In this document: positions 52,239 to 64,000 of the stretch, piece after piece
Layout of the letters: every line of letters begins with the position of its first letter
How positions within the stretch are numbered: position 1 is the stretch's first letter
Origin: Eledone cirrhosa
Taxonomy: Eukaryota
Length of the DNA: 64,000 nt
NCBI GenBank assembly: GCA_964016885.1
Contig: OZ024761.1
Coordinates: forward strand, 10,292,001 to 10,356,000
Direction of reading: 5' to 3'
Translations under genes and position numbers: made by a program
The notes under the pieces: generated by a model
Told to the model about the DNA's origin: nothing
The model's input: the letters and a program-made list of their open reading frames with translations, nothing else
Databases searched by the model: none

Positions 52239-53401
52239 GAAAACGAAAAATCAGTGATGCATCTGAACTCAATTTATTGTGTGTTACAATTGTTTCGCCG
52301 GCGGACAGCTTGAGACGCGATCATTGTGTGGATCTGTCTGATTCTGGACCCGCAGGTTCAGCGAACACGTTTAATGATTTCGGAGCATATTCTCTCACTG
52401 GGGTATCTGACCCTCTGGGCCAGTACCGTTAAAACTTCATCCTCTTCGCGCGTCCTGTGATTGGCCACTGGTTGTCGACGTCACCATAATTCTGACCACA
52501 GGTACCAGTCCACTGACCATCAGGGCGCTAGCTGTCCCCATGTCTGCTACACTTCAATAAATTACTGCTGTGTTTGGTTGTTCACACATCCACGCGCGCG
52601 TGCACACACACTCACACACACAATCACATAGATAACGACAGTCGTACGCATAGACGCCCGCTATACACGCACATTTAAGGGGAACATATAAACATACACG
52701 TACATGCATCCAGAGAGGCACGTACATACACAGACACATGCCTATATACATCAACATACTCACACACATACATGTGCATACACATGCACACGCATATATA
52801 TACCCGTACACACAAACACGTACAAACATATACATAGACACCCCCCCCCCCCTCCACCCACGCACACGCATATACATGTACCAATATACACACAGATACA
52901 CACTCGCTCGCAAACACACATATATACACACAAACAAGCCCTTTCCCTACACGGGTGCTTGTACACACACACACCACACACACACACCGGCTCATATACA
53001 CTCTTACAAATATGCGCATATTCATATACACACCCACGCACGCATAAAAAAATATATATATACACATAAAAAGAATATACACACAAAGTCATTTAAAGAT
53101 ACACAATGGGTCATACATGAAAGGATGCATCTTGTTATAAATATATTCATATATTAAAAAAATACATATATATATATATATATATATTTATATACAAAAA
53201 TGTATAAAAATATATTAAAAATATACATATAATGGCACATAAAGATACACAGTGGGCTATACATGAAAGGGTGCACCTTGTTATATGTGCCTACAGAGAT
53301 GTTACGGTGCGAACATGGATCAATCCACGTATGGAATCCTCACGCAAAGCCACATAATGTGCGTTCATGGTATTACAGTAAATAGTATATGCAGACCGTA
53401 G

Positions 53402-53436
<35 letters not shown>

Positions 53437-53438
<2 letters not shown>

Positions 53439-53717
53439 TTACCATAGTAGAAGTCTGGCAAGCTTTTGATTCCAGAGTCTGGCAAGCTTTTGATTCCAGA
53501 GTCTGGCAAGCTTTTGATTCGATACAGATCAAACCTTGAGCTGATCAATAGCGAAACACATGTTACTACTCAATAAATGTAATGAAGACATAACCTGTCA
53601 TCCTTTTTATTATTATATTTACACTCTGTTTAGTTCTACACCTCTTTACAGACGAGAAACTACGCATTAAGTGTTCACTTGGGTAAACCTACAGTAACTG
53701 CACGTTACATTCCCTAG
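53437..53717. mobile_element. Family A element with a 3x 24-bp internal duplication
   Basis: agtctggcaagcttttgattccag three times, then ccttgagctgatcaatagcgaaac. Confidence 0.75.
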
Positions 53718-53756
53718 ATATATATATATTTATATATAAATATATATATATATATA

Positions 53757-54094
53757 ATCATCATCATCATCATCATTTTACATCTGCTGTTCCCTGCTTG
53801 CAAGGGTGGGACGGGAACTGATTCTGGCTTGATTTCTACAGCTGGATGCCCTTCCTAACACCAACCTCATTTACAGTGAGGAGTGCTGGGTGCTTTTTTG
53901 CTGTGGTACCTCCATGACCACTTTGCAGTGGAATGATAGGGACCCCAGTCCCTATCATCTCATTTCTACAGCTGAGTAAACTGGAGCAATGTGAAATAAA
54001 GTGTCTTGCTCAAGGAAACAACACATCACCCGGTCTGAGAATTGAACTCATAACCTTTCGATTGCAAGGCTAATACTCTAACCACTAAGCCATG
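53757..54094 (-). mobile_element. SINE family 2 copy
   Basis: Near-identical to 29838-30179. Confidence 0.9.
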
Positions 54095-54249
54095 TATAAG
54101 CCATATATATATAGTGAAAAAAGAGAGAGATAAAGTGTGTGAGAGATATATGTTAGTGACTAGGCATGTATATTTTCTGTATCACTGCTAAATATCCAGT
54201 TAGACTCAGACTGTTGTTTCACTGCTATGAAAACAGAACCAGTGCAATG

Positions 54250-54875
54250 GTAGCGGTGGTGGGGTGGGGGAGGCGATGTCAGTGTGTGTTGTGGTGGTGG
54301 CAGCGGTGGTGGGGGTGACAGCAGTGTTGGTGATGATTTTTGGCAGTGGTAATGGTGGCAGAGGTAGTGATGGCAGTGATGGTAGTAGTTGTGGTTGCAG
54401 TTGTGGTGGTGGTAGTACTGTTGGCAGTGGTGGTGGTTGCAGTAGTGATGGTGGTGGTGGTAACAGTGGTGATGGTGGTAGCAGTAGCGATGGTGGCAGT
54501 GGTGGTGGTGATGGTAATACTGTTAGCAGTGGCGGTGGTTGCAGTGTTGATGGTGGTGGTAGCGGTGGTGATGGTGGCAGTGGTGATGGTGATAGTGACA
54601 GTGGTGGTGGTTGTGGTGATGGTAGTACTGTTGGCAGTGGCGGTGATTGCAGTAGTGATGGTGGTGAAGGTGGTGAAGGTAGTACTGTTGGCAGTGGTTG
54701 CAGTAGTGATGGTGGTGGTGGTAGCAGTGGTGGTGGTGGTGGTAGCAATGGTGGTAGTGGTAGCAGTGGTGGTAGCAGTGGTGGTGGTGGTGGTAGCAAT
54801 GGTGGTAGTGGTAGCAGTGGTGGTGGTGGTAGCAATGGTGGTAGTGATAGCAGTGGTGGTGGTGGCAGTGGTAGA
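54250..54875. repeat. Degenerate (GGT/GCA)n trinucleotide tract
   Basis: Directly visible; gives Gly/Ser, Val, Thr and Pro pseudo-ORFs. Confidence 0.85.
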
Positions 54876-55216
54876 ACTGAGCACCATTCTAATCCATATT
54901 ATCCTCTTGAAGACTGAAATTTTTTCCCCCGCTTCTTGTACAATATTTTAATATATTTAATCCCTAGAGATCTTTCTTTTTCGGAATTTGTAGCCATTCC
55001 ACCTCCGAACCCTCCATTTTCCATATTTCCATTTCTATCTTGAGTAAACTAAATCAAATATTTATACCAAAGATTTCTCTTGTATTTCAATAAATTCTTC
55101 TTTTTTTTTTCAGACTGAAAAACATTCTGATTTATATTATTATTAGTATTAGAAGTATTATTTTCCTCTTGAATGTATCCAGTAGGGTTTGGGGAAAGGT
55201 CATTCTTTAAACATGC

Positions 55217-55256
<40 letters not shown>

Positions 55257-55719
55257 AATAAACAATACAATATAATTACCTCATTACCAGAGGTTTCCCG
55301 AATAAGACGAATATTTAGCTCTGTAACTTACATAGAGCACTCTTCACTCCTATGACTTTTTCAATTTTCAACGGAAACTTCAATATTTATAAATATATAT
55401 ATATATATAGATAGATATATAAGTGTGTATGTATTACATATATATATATATGTAATATATACGTTATTCCGGGTTGAATCGGAGGTAACCACAGTAAGTA
55501 AGGTACTCAATACATAGCAGAGTATAACAGTTTTAATATAGAAGAGATTCTACAGGACTAGAACTGTTTCATTCATTAGAAATCATCAGGAATCAGATTC
55601 CTGATGATTTCTAATGAATGAAACAGTTCTAGTCCTGTAGAATCTCTTCTATATATATATGTAATATATATATATATATATATACACTCAGTTATGTATA
55701 TGTATATAACTACAAAGCA

Positions 55720-56020
55720 TAGATGAGTTGAGAGAGAAACTGTGTATAAGAGGAATAAACTGTAATGTGTTGGTGTGGCCATGTGATACTCATGGGTGAG
55801 GATAGCTGGGTGAAGAAGTGCCAAGTAATCCCAGTGGAAGAAAGACACAGTAGAGGAAGACCACGGAAAACATGGGCAGAGAGGGTGAGAGCTGGCCTCA
55901 GACCGCTGAAGCTCACAGAGATGACGAAGGACCGTGATGAATGGAGAGATGATGTGCTGAAGTGGGTCTGTCCCACCCTTGCCATCAGGGAAAAGTAGGC
56001 GTAAAATGATGATGATGATT
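55720..56020 (+). mobile_element. RTE LINE 3' end with (GAT)n tail
   Basis: WCGHVILMGEDSWVKKC...RGRPRKTWAE. Confidence 0.85.
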
Positions 56021-56024
56021 TGTA

Positions 56025-56280
56025 TACAAAAGGCAAAGAGACCAGGAGAGACTAATAAGGCTCACTCTTGCCACTTCTGCAATGGGAAAGCTGAATATCA
56101 TATGGGAAAGCAACTCCATCAGTTTTCCAACGAAGTTCAAATTGTACAAGTCCTTGGTGACTTCAATCCTTTTGTATGGGTGCGAGAATTGAACTCTCGT
56201 GGCTGACACAGAACAATGAATCCAGTCATTTGAGCACAAGTGCCTCGAAGGTTGCTATACACCCCATACACAGAGCACAA
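56025..56280 (+). mobile_element. RTE LINE ORF fragment running into the satellite
   Basis: IRLTLATSAMGKLNIIWESNSISFPTKFKLYKSLVTSILLYGCEN*TLVADTEQ*IQSFEHKC. Confidence 0.85.
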
Positions 56281-59200
56281 GTGCCTCGAAGGTTGCTACA
56301 CATCCCATACACAGAGCACAAGTACCTCGAAGGTTGCTATACACCCCATACACAGATCACAAGTGCTTCAGAAGGTTGCTACACATCCCATACACAGAGC
56401 ACAAGTGCCTCGAAGGTTGCTACACATCCCATACACAGAGCACAAGTGCCTCGAAGGTTGCTACACATCCCATACACAGAGCACAAGTGCTTCAGAAGGT
56501 TGCTACACATCCCATACACAGAGCACAAGTGCCTCTGAAGGTTGCTATACACCCCATACACAGAGCACAAGTGCTTCAGAAGGTTGCTACACATCCCATA
56601 CACAGAGCACAAGTGCTTCAGAAGGTTGCTACACATCCCATACACAGAGCACAAGTGCCTCGAAGGTTGCTATACATCCAATACACAGAGCACAAGTGCT
56701 TCAGAAGGTTGCTACACATCCCATACACAGAGCACAAGTGCCTCGAAGGTTGCTACACATCCCATACAGAGAGCACAAGTGCCTCGAAGGTTGCTACACA
56801 TCCCATACACAGAGCACAAGTGCTTCAGAAGGTTGCTACACATCCCATACACAGAGCACAAGTGCCTCTGAAGGTTGCTACACATCCCATACACACAGCA
56901 CAAGTGCCTCGAAGGTTGCTACACATCCCATACACAGAGCACAAGTGCTTCGAAGGTTGCTACACATCCCATACACAGAGCACAAGTGCTTCAGAAGGTT
57001 GCTACACATCCCATACACAGAGCACAAGTGCTTCAGAAGGTTGCTACACATCCCATACACAGAGCACAAGTGCCTCTGAAGATTGCTACACATCCCATAC
57101 ACAGAGCACAAGTGCCTCGAAGGTTGCTACACATCCCATACACAGAGCACAAGTGCCTCTGAAGGTTGCTATACACCCCATACACAGAGCACAAGTGCTT
57201 CAGAAGGTTGCTACACATCCCATACACAGAGCACAAGTGCCTCGAAGGTTGCTACACATCCCATACACAGAGCACAAGTGCTTCAGAAGGTTGCTACACA
57301 TCCCATACACAGAGCACAAGTGCTTCAGAAGGTTGCTACACATCCCATACACAGAGCACAAGTGCCTCGAAGGTTGCTATACATCCCATACACAGAGCAC
57401 AAGTGCTTCAGAAGGTTGCTACACATCCCATACACAGAGCACAAGTGCCTCGAAGGTTGCTACACATCCCATACACAGAGCACAAGTGCCTCGAAGGTTG
57501 CTACACATCCCATACACAGAGCACAAGTGCTTCAGAAGGTTGCTACACATCCCATACACAGAGCACAAGTGCTTCAGAAGGTTGCTACACATCCCATACA
57601 CAGAGCACAAGTGCCTCGAAGGTTGCTACACATCCCATACACAGAGCACAAGTGCTTCAGAAGGTTGCTACACATCCCATACACAGAGCACAAGTGCTTC
57701 AGAAGGTTGCTACACATCCCATACACAGAGCACAAGTGCCTTGAAGGTTGCTACACATCCCATACACAGAGCACAAGTGCTTCAGAAGGTTGCTACACAT
57801 CCCATACACAGAGCACAAGTGCTTCAGAAGGTTGCTACACATCCCATACACAGAGCACAAGTGCCTCGAAGGTTGCTACACATCCCATACACAGAGCACA
57901 AGTGCTTCAGAAGGTTGCTACACATCCCATACACAGAGCACAAGTGCTTCAGAAGGTTGCTACACATCCCATACACAGAGCACAAGTGCCTCGAAGGTTG
58001 CTATACATCCCATACACAGAGCACAAGTGCTTCAGAAGGTTGCTACACATCCCATACACAGAGCACAAGTGCCTCGAAGGTTGCTACACATCCCATACAC
58101 AGAGCACAAGTGCCTCGAAGGTTGCTACACATCCCATACACAGAGCACAAGTGCTTCAGAAGGTTGCTATACATCCCATACACAGAGCACAAGTGCTTCA
58201 GAAGGTTGCTACACATCCCATACACAGAGCACAAGTGCCTCAAAGGTTGCTATACATCCCATACACAGAGCACAAGTGCTTCAGAAGGTTGCTACACATC
58301 CCATACACAGAGCACAAGTGCCTCGAAGGTTGCTACACATCCCATACACAGAGCACAAGTGCCTCGAAGGTTGCTACACATCCCATACACAGAGCACAAG
58401 TGCTTCAGAAGGTTGCTACACATCCCATACACAGAGCACAAGTGCTTCAGAAGGTTGCTACACATCCCATACACAGAGCACAAGTGCCTCGAAGGTTGCT
58501 ACACATCCCATACACAGAGCACAAGTGCTTCAGAAGGTTGCTACACATCCCATACACAGAGCACAAGTGCTTCAGAAGGTTGCTACACATCCCATACACA
58601 GAGCACAAGTGCCTTGAAGGTTGCTACACATCCCATACACAGAGCACAAGTGCTTCAGAAGGTTGCTACACATCCCATACACAGAGCACAAGTGCTTCAG
58701 AAGGTTGCTACACATCCCATACACAGAGCACAAGTGCCTCGAAGGTTGCTATACATCCCATACACAGAGCACAAGTGCTTCAGAAGGTTGCTACACATCC
58801 CATACACAGCACAAGTGCCTCGAAGGTTGCTACACATCCCATACACAGAGCACAAGTGCCTCGAAGGTTGCTACACATCCAATACACAGCACAAGTGCTT
58901 CAGAAGGTTGCTATACATCCCATACACAGAGCACAAGTGCTTCAGAAGGTTGCTACACATCCCATACACAGAGCACAAGTGCCTCGAAGGTTGCTATACA
59001 TCCCATACACAGAGCACAAGTGCTTCAGAAGGTTGCTACACATCCCATACACAGAGCACAAGTGCCTCGAAGGTTGCTACACATCCCATACACAGAGCAC
59101 AAGTGCCTCGAAGGTTGCTACACATCCCATACACAGAGCACAAGTGCTTCAGAAGGTTGCTACACATCCCATACACAGAGCACAAGTGCTTCAGAAGGTT

Positions 59201-62200
59201 GCTACACATCCCATACACAGAGCACAAGTGCCTCTGAAGGTTGCTATACACCCCATACACAGAGCACAAGTGCTTCAGAAGGTTGCTACACATCCCATAC
59301 ACAGAGCACAAGTGCTTCAGAAGGTTGCTACACATCCCATACACAGAGCACAAGTGCCTCGAAGGTTGCTATACATCCCATACACAGAGCACAAGTGCTT
59401 CAGAAGGTTGCTACACATCCCATACACAGAGCACAAGTGCCTCGAAGGTTGCTACACATCCCATACACAGAGCACAAGTGCCTCGAAGGTTGCTACACAT
59501 CCCATACACAGAGCACAAGTGCTTCAGAAGGTTGCTACACATCCCATACACAGAGCACAAGTGCCTCGAAGGTTGCTACACATCCCATACACAGAGCACA
59601 AGTGCCTCGAAGGTTGCTACACATCCCATACACAGAGCACAAGTGCCTCGAAGGTTGCTACACATCCCATACACAGAGCACAAGTGCTTCAGAAGGTTGC
59701 TACACATCCCATACACAGAGCACAAGTGCCTCGAAGGTTGCTACACATCCCATACACAGAGCACAAGTGCCTCGAAGGTTGCTACACATCCCATACACAG
59801 AGCACAAGTGCCTCGAAGGTTGCTACACATCCCATACACAGAGCACAAGTGCTTCAGAAGGTTGCTACACATCCCATACACAGAGCACAAGTGCCTCGAA
59901 GGTTGCTACACATCCCATACACAGAGCACAAGTGCCTCGAAGGTTGCTACACATCCCATACACAGAGCACAAGTGCTTCAGAAGGTTGCTACACATCCCA
60001 TACACAGAGCACAAGTGCCTCGAAGGTTGCTACACATCCCATACACAGAGCACAAGTGCTTCAGAAGGTTGCTACACATCCCATACACAGAGCACAAGTG
60101 CCTCGAAGGTTGCTACACATCCCATACACAGAGCACAAGTGCCTCGAAGGTTGCTACACATCCCATACACAGAGCACAAGTGCTTCAGAAGGTTGCTACA
60201 CATCCCATACACAGAGCACAAGTGCCTCGAAGGTTGCTACACATCCCATACACAGAGCACAAGTGCCTCGAAGGTTGCTACACATCCCATACACAGAGCA
60301 CAAGTGCTTCAGAAGGTTGCTACACATCCCATACACAGAGCACAAGTGCCTCGAAGGTTGCTACACATCCCATACACAGAGCACAAGTGCCTCGAAGGTT
60401 GCTACACATCCCATACACAGAGCACAAGTGCCTCGAAGGTTGCTACACATCCCATACACAGAGCACAAGTGCTTCAGAAGGTTGCTACACATCCCATACA
60501 CAGAGCACAAGTGCCTCGAAGGTTGCTACACATCCCATACACAGAGCACAAGTGCTTCAGAAGGTTGCTACACATCCCATACACAGAGCACAAGTGCTTC
60601 AGAAGGTTGCTACACATCCCATACACAGAGCACAAGTGCCTCGAAGGTTGCTACACATCCCATACACAGAGCACAAGTGCTTCAGAAGGTTGCTACACAG
60701 AGCACAAGTGCTTCAGAAGGTTGCTACACATCCCATACACAGAGCACAAGTGCCTCGAAGGTTGCTACACATCCCATACACAGAGCACAAGTGCTTCAGA
60801 AGGTTGCTACACATCCCATACACAGAGCACAAGTGCTTCAGAAGGTTGCTATACATCCCATACACAGAGCACAAGTGCCTCGAAGGTTGCTACACATCCC
60901 ATACACAGAGCACAAGTGCTTCAGAAGGTTGCTATACACTCCATACACAGAGCACAAGTGCTTCAGAAGGTTGCTACACATCCCATACACAGAGCACAAG
61001 TGCTTCAGAAGGTTGCTACACATCCCATACACAGCACAAGTGCCTCGAAGGTTGCTACACATCCCATACACAGAGCACAAGTGCTTCAGAAGGTTGCTAC
61101 ACAGAGCACAAGTGCTTCAGAAGGTTGCTACACATCCCATACACAGAGCACAAGTGCCTCTGAAGGTTGCTACACATCCCATACACACAGCACAAGTGCC
61201 TCGAAGGTTGCTACACATCCCATACACAGAGCACAAGTGCCTCGAAGGTTGCTACACATCCCATACACAGAGCACAAGTGCTTCAGAAGGTTGCTACACA
61301 TCCCATACACAGAGCACAAGTGCTTCAGAATGTTGCTACACATCCCATACACAGAGCACAAGTGCCTCTGAAGGTTGCTACACATCCCATACACAGAGCA
61401 CAAGTGCCTCGAAGGTTGCTACACATCCCATACACAGAGCACAAGTGCTTCAGAAGGTTGCTACACATCCCATACACAGAGCACAAGTGCTTCAGAAGGT
61501 TGCTACACATCCCATACACAGAGCACAAGTGCCTCTGAAGGTTGCTATACACCCCATACACAGAGCACAAGTGCTTCAGAAGGTTGCTACACATCCCATA
61601 CACAGAGCACAAGTGCTTCAGAAGGTTGCTACACATCCCATACACAGAGCACAAGTGCCTCGAAGGTTGCTATACATCCCATACACAGAGCACAAGTGCT
61701 TCAGAAGGTTGCTACACATCCCATACACAGATCATAAGTGCCTCGAAGGTTGCTACACATCCCATACACAGAGCACAAGTGCCTCGAAGGTTGCTACACA
61801 TCCCATACACAGATCACAAGTGCTTCAGAAGGTTGCTACACAGCACAAGTGCCTCGAAGGTTGCTACACATCCCATACACAGAGCACAAGTGCCTCGAAG
61901 ATTGCTACACATCCCATACACAGAGCACAAGTGCTTCAGAAGGTTGCTATACATCCCATACACAGAGCACAAGTGCTTCAGAAGGTTGCTACACATCCCA
62001 TACACAGAGCACAAGTGCCTCGAAGGTTGCTATACATCCCATACACAGAGCACAAGTGCTTCAGAAGGTTGCTACACATCCCATACACAGAGCACAAGTG
62101 CTTCAGAAGGTTGCTACACATCCCATACACAGAGCACAAGTGCCTCGAAGGTTGCTACACACCCCATACACAGAGCACAAGTGCCTCGAAGGTTGCTACA

Positions 62201-64000
62201 CATCCCATACACAGAGCACAAGTGCTTCAGAAGGTTGCTACACATCCCATACACAGAGCACAAGTGCCTCGAAGGTTGCTATACATCCCATACACAGAGC
62301 ACAAGTGCTTCAGAAGGTTGCTACACATCCCATACACAGAGCACAAGTGCTTCAGAAGGTTGCTACACATCCCATACACAGAGCACAAGTGCCTCGAAGG
62401 TTGCTATACATCCCATACACAGAGCACAAGTGCTTCAGAAGTTCGCTACACATCCCATACACAGAGCACAAGTGCCTCGAAGGTTGCTATACATCCCATA
62501 CACAGATCACAAGTGCTTCAGAAGGTTGCTATACACTCCATACACAGAGCACAAGTGCTTCAGAAGGTTGCTACACATCCCATACACAGAGCACAAGTGC
62601 TTCAGAAGGTTGCTACACATCCCATACACAGAGCACAAGTGCTTCAGAAGGTTGCTACACATCCCATACACAGAGCACAAGTGCTTCAGAAGGTTGCTAC
62701 ACATCCCATACACAGAGCACAAGTGCCTCGAAGGTTGCTACACATCCCATACACAGAGCACAAGTGCTTCAGAAGGTTGCTACACAGAGCACAAGTGCTT
62801 CAGAAGGTTGCTACACATCCCATACACAGAGCACAAGTGCCTCGAAGGTTGCTACACATCCCATACACAGAGCACAAGTGCTTCAGAAGGTTGCTATACA
62901 CTCCATACACAGAGCACAAGTGCTTCAGAAGGTTGCTACACATCCCATACACAGAGCACAAGTGCTTCAGAAGGTTGCTACACATCCCATACACAGAGCA
63001 CAAGTGCCTCGAAGGTTGCTACACATCCCATACACAGAGCACAAGTGCCTCGAAGGTTGCTACACATCCCATACACAGAGCACAAGTGCTTCAGAAGGTT
63101 GCTACACATCCCATACACAGAGCACAAGTGCTTCAGAAGGTTGCTACACATCCCATACACAGAGCACAAGTGCCTCTGAAGGTTGCTACACATCCCATAC
63201 ACAGAGCACAAGTGCCTCGAAGGTTGCTACACATCCCATACACAGAGCACAAGTGCTTCAGAAGGTTGCTACACATCCCATACACAGAGCACAAGTGCTT
63301 CAGAAGGTTGCTACACATCCCATACACAGAGCACAAGTGCCTCTGAAGGTTGCTATACACCCCATACACAGAGCACAAGTGCTTCAGAAGGTTGCTACAC
63401 ATCCCATACACAGAGCACAAGTGCTTCAGAAGGTTGCTACACATCCCATACACAGAGCACAAGTGCCTCGAAGGTTGCTATACATCCCATACACAGAGCA
63501 CAAGTGCTTCAGAAGGTTGCTACACATCCCATACACAGAGCACAAGTGCCTCGAAGGTTGCTACACATCCCATACACAGAGCACAAGTGCCTCGAGGGTT
63601 GCTACACATCCCATACACAGAGCACAAGTGCTTCAGAAGGTTGCTACACATCCCATACACAGAGCACAAGTGCCTTGAAGGTTGCTACACATCCCATACA
63701 CAGAGCACAAGTGCCTCGAAGGTTGCTACACATCCCATACACAGAGCACAAGTGCCTCGAAGGTTGCTACACATCCCATACACAGAGCACAAGTGCTTCA
63801 GAAGGTTGCTACACATCCCATACACAGAGCACAAGTGCCTCGAAGGTTGCTACACATCCCATACACAGAGCACAAGTGCTTCAGAAGGTTGCTACACATC
63901 CCATACACAGAGCACAAGTGCCTCGAAGGTTGCTACACATCCCATACACAGAGCACAAGTGCCTCGAAAGTTGCTACACATCCCATACACAGAGCACAAG
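56232..64000. repeat. 41/42-bp satellite, over 7.7 kb (about 185 copies), running off the window end
   Basis: gagcacaagtgc(ctc|ttca|ctct)gaaggttgctacacatcccatacaca. Confidence 0.98.

Noticed and set aside
54206-54951. Gly/Ser-rich or Pro-rich ORFs
   Set aside because: Degenerate (GGT)n open in four frames.
56240-63678. ORFs of up to 2087 aa
   Set aside because: They are translations of a 41/42-bp satellite that is open in all three frames with continual frame swapping; no coding signature.
30830-64000. CRISPR-like arrays
   Set aside because: No unique spacers and no cas genes; eukaryotic context.

Overview
Repeat-saturated, AT-rich animal DNA; the SINE, LINE and microsatellite content suggests a cephalopod such as Octopus (inference from recall, no database search). 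One protein-coding gene can be reconstructed by hand: a 6-exon minus-strand gene (CDS 14502->4815, 215 aa, all introns GT-AG with matching phases) resembling nucleolar protein 7 (NOL7). All long ORFs in the supplied track are artefacts of tandem repeats. The rest is decayed RTE-type LINEs, an RLE-type (R4/NeSL-like) non-LTR fragment, mariner fragments, MITEs, two tRNA-derived SINE families and large satellites (83, 42, 48 and 41/42 bp units). Three of the arrays visibly arose from internal pieces of transposons. The most notable signal is a set of about a dozen short, mutually unrelated elements next to (TA)n tracts. Many carry minimal type I hammerhead ribozyme motifs (best at 49915-49970 and 50345-50440), fold-back inverted duplications, and a shared downstream AATAAA plus RTYGAGTRC motif, consistent with Penelope-like pLTR or retrozyme-like remnants. 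A weaker candidate multi-exon minus-strand lncRNA or micro-ORF transcript spans about 51.8-24.7 kb. Exon and ribozyme coordinates were read base by base; repeat boundaries are approximate.
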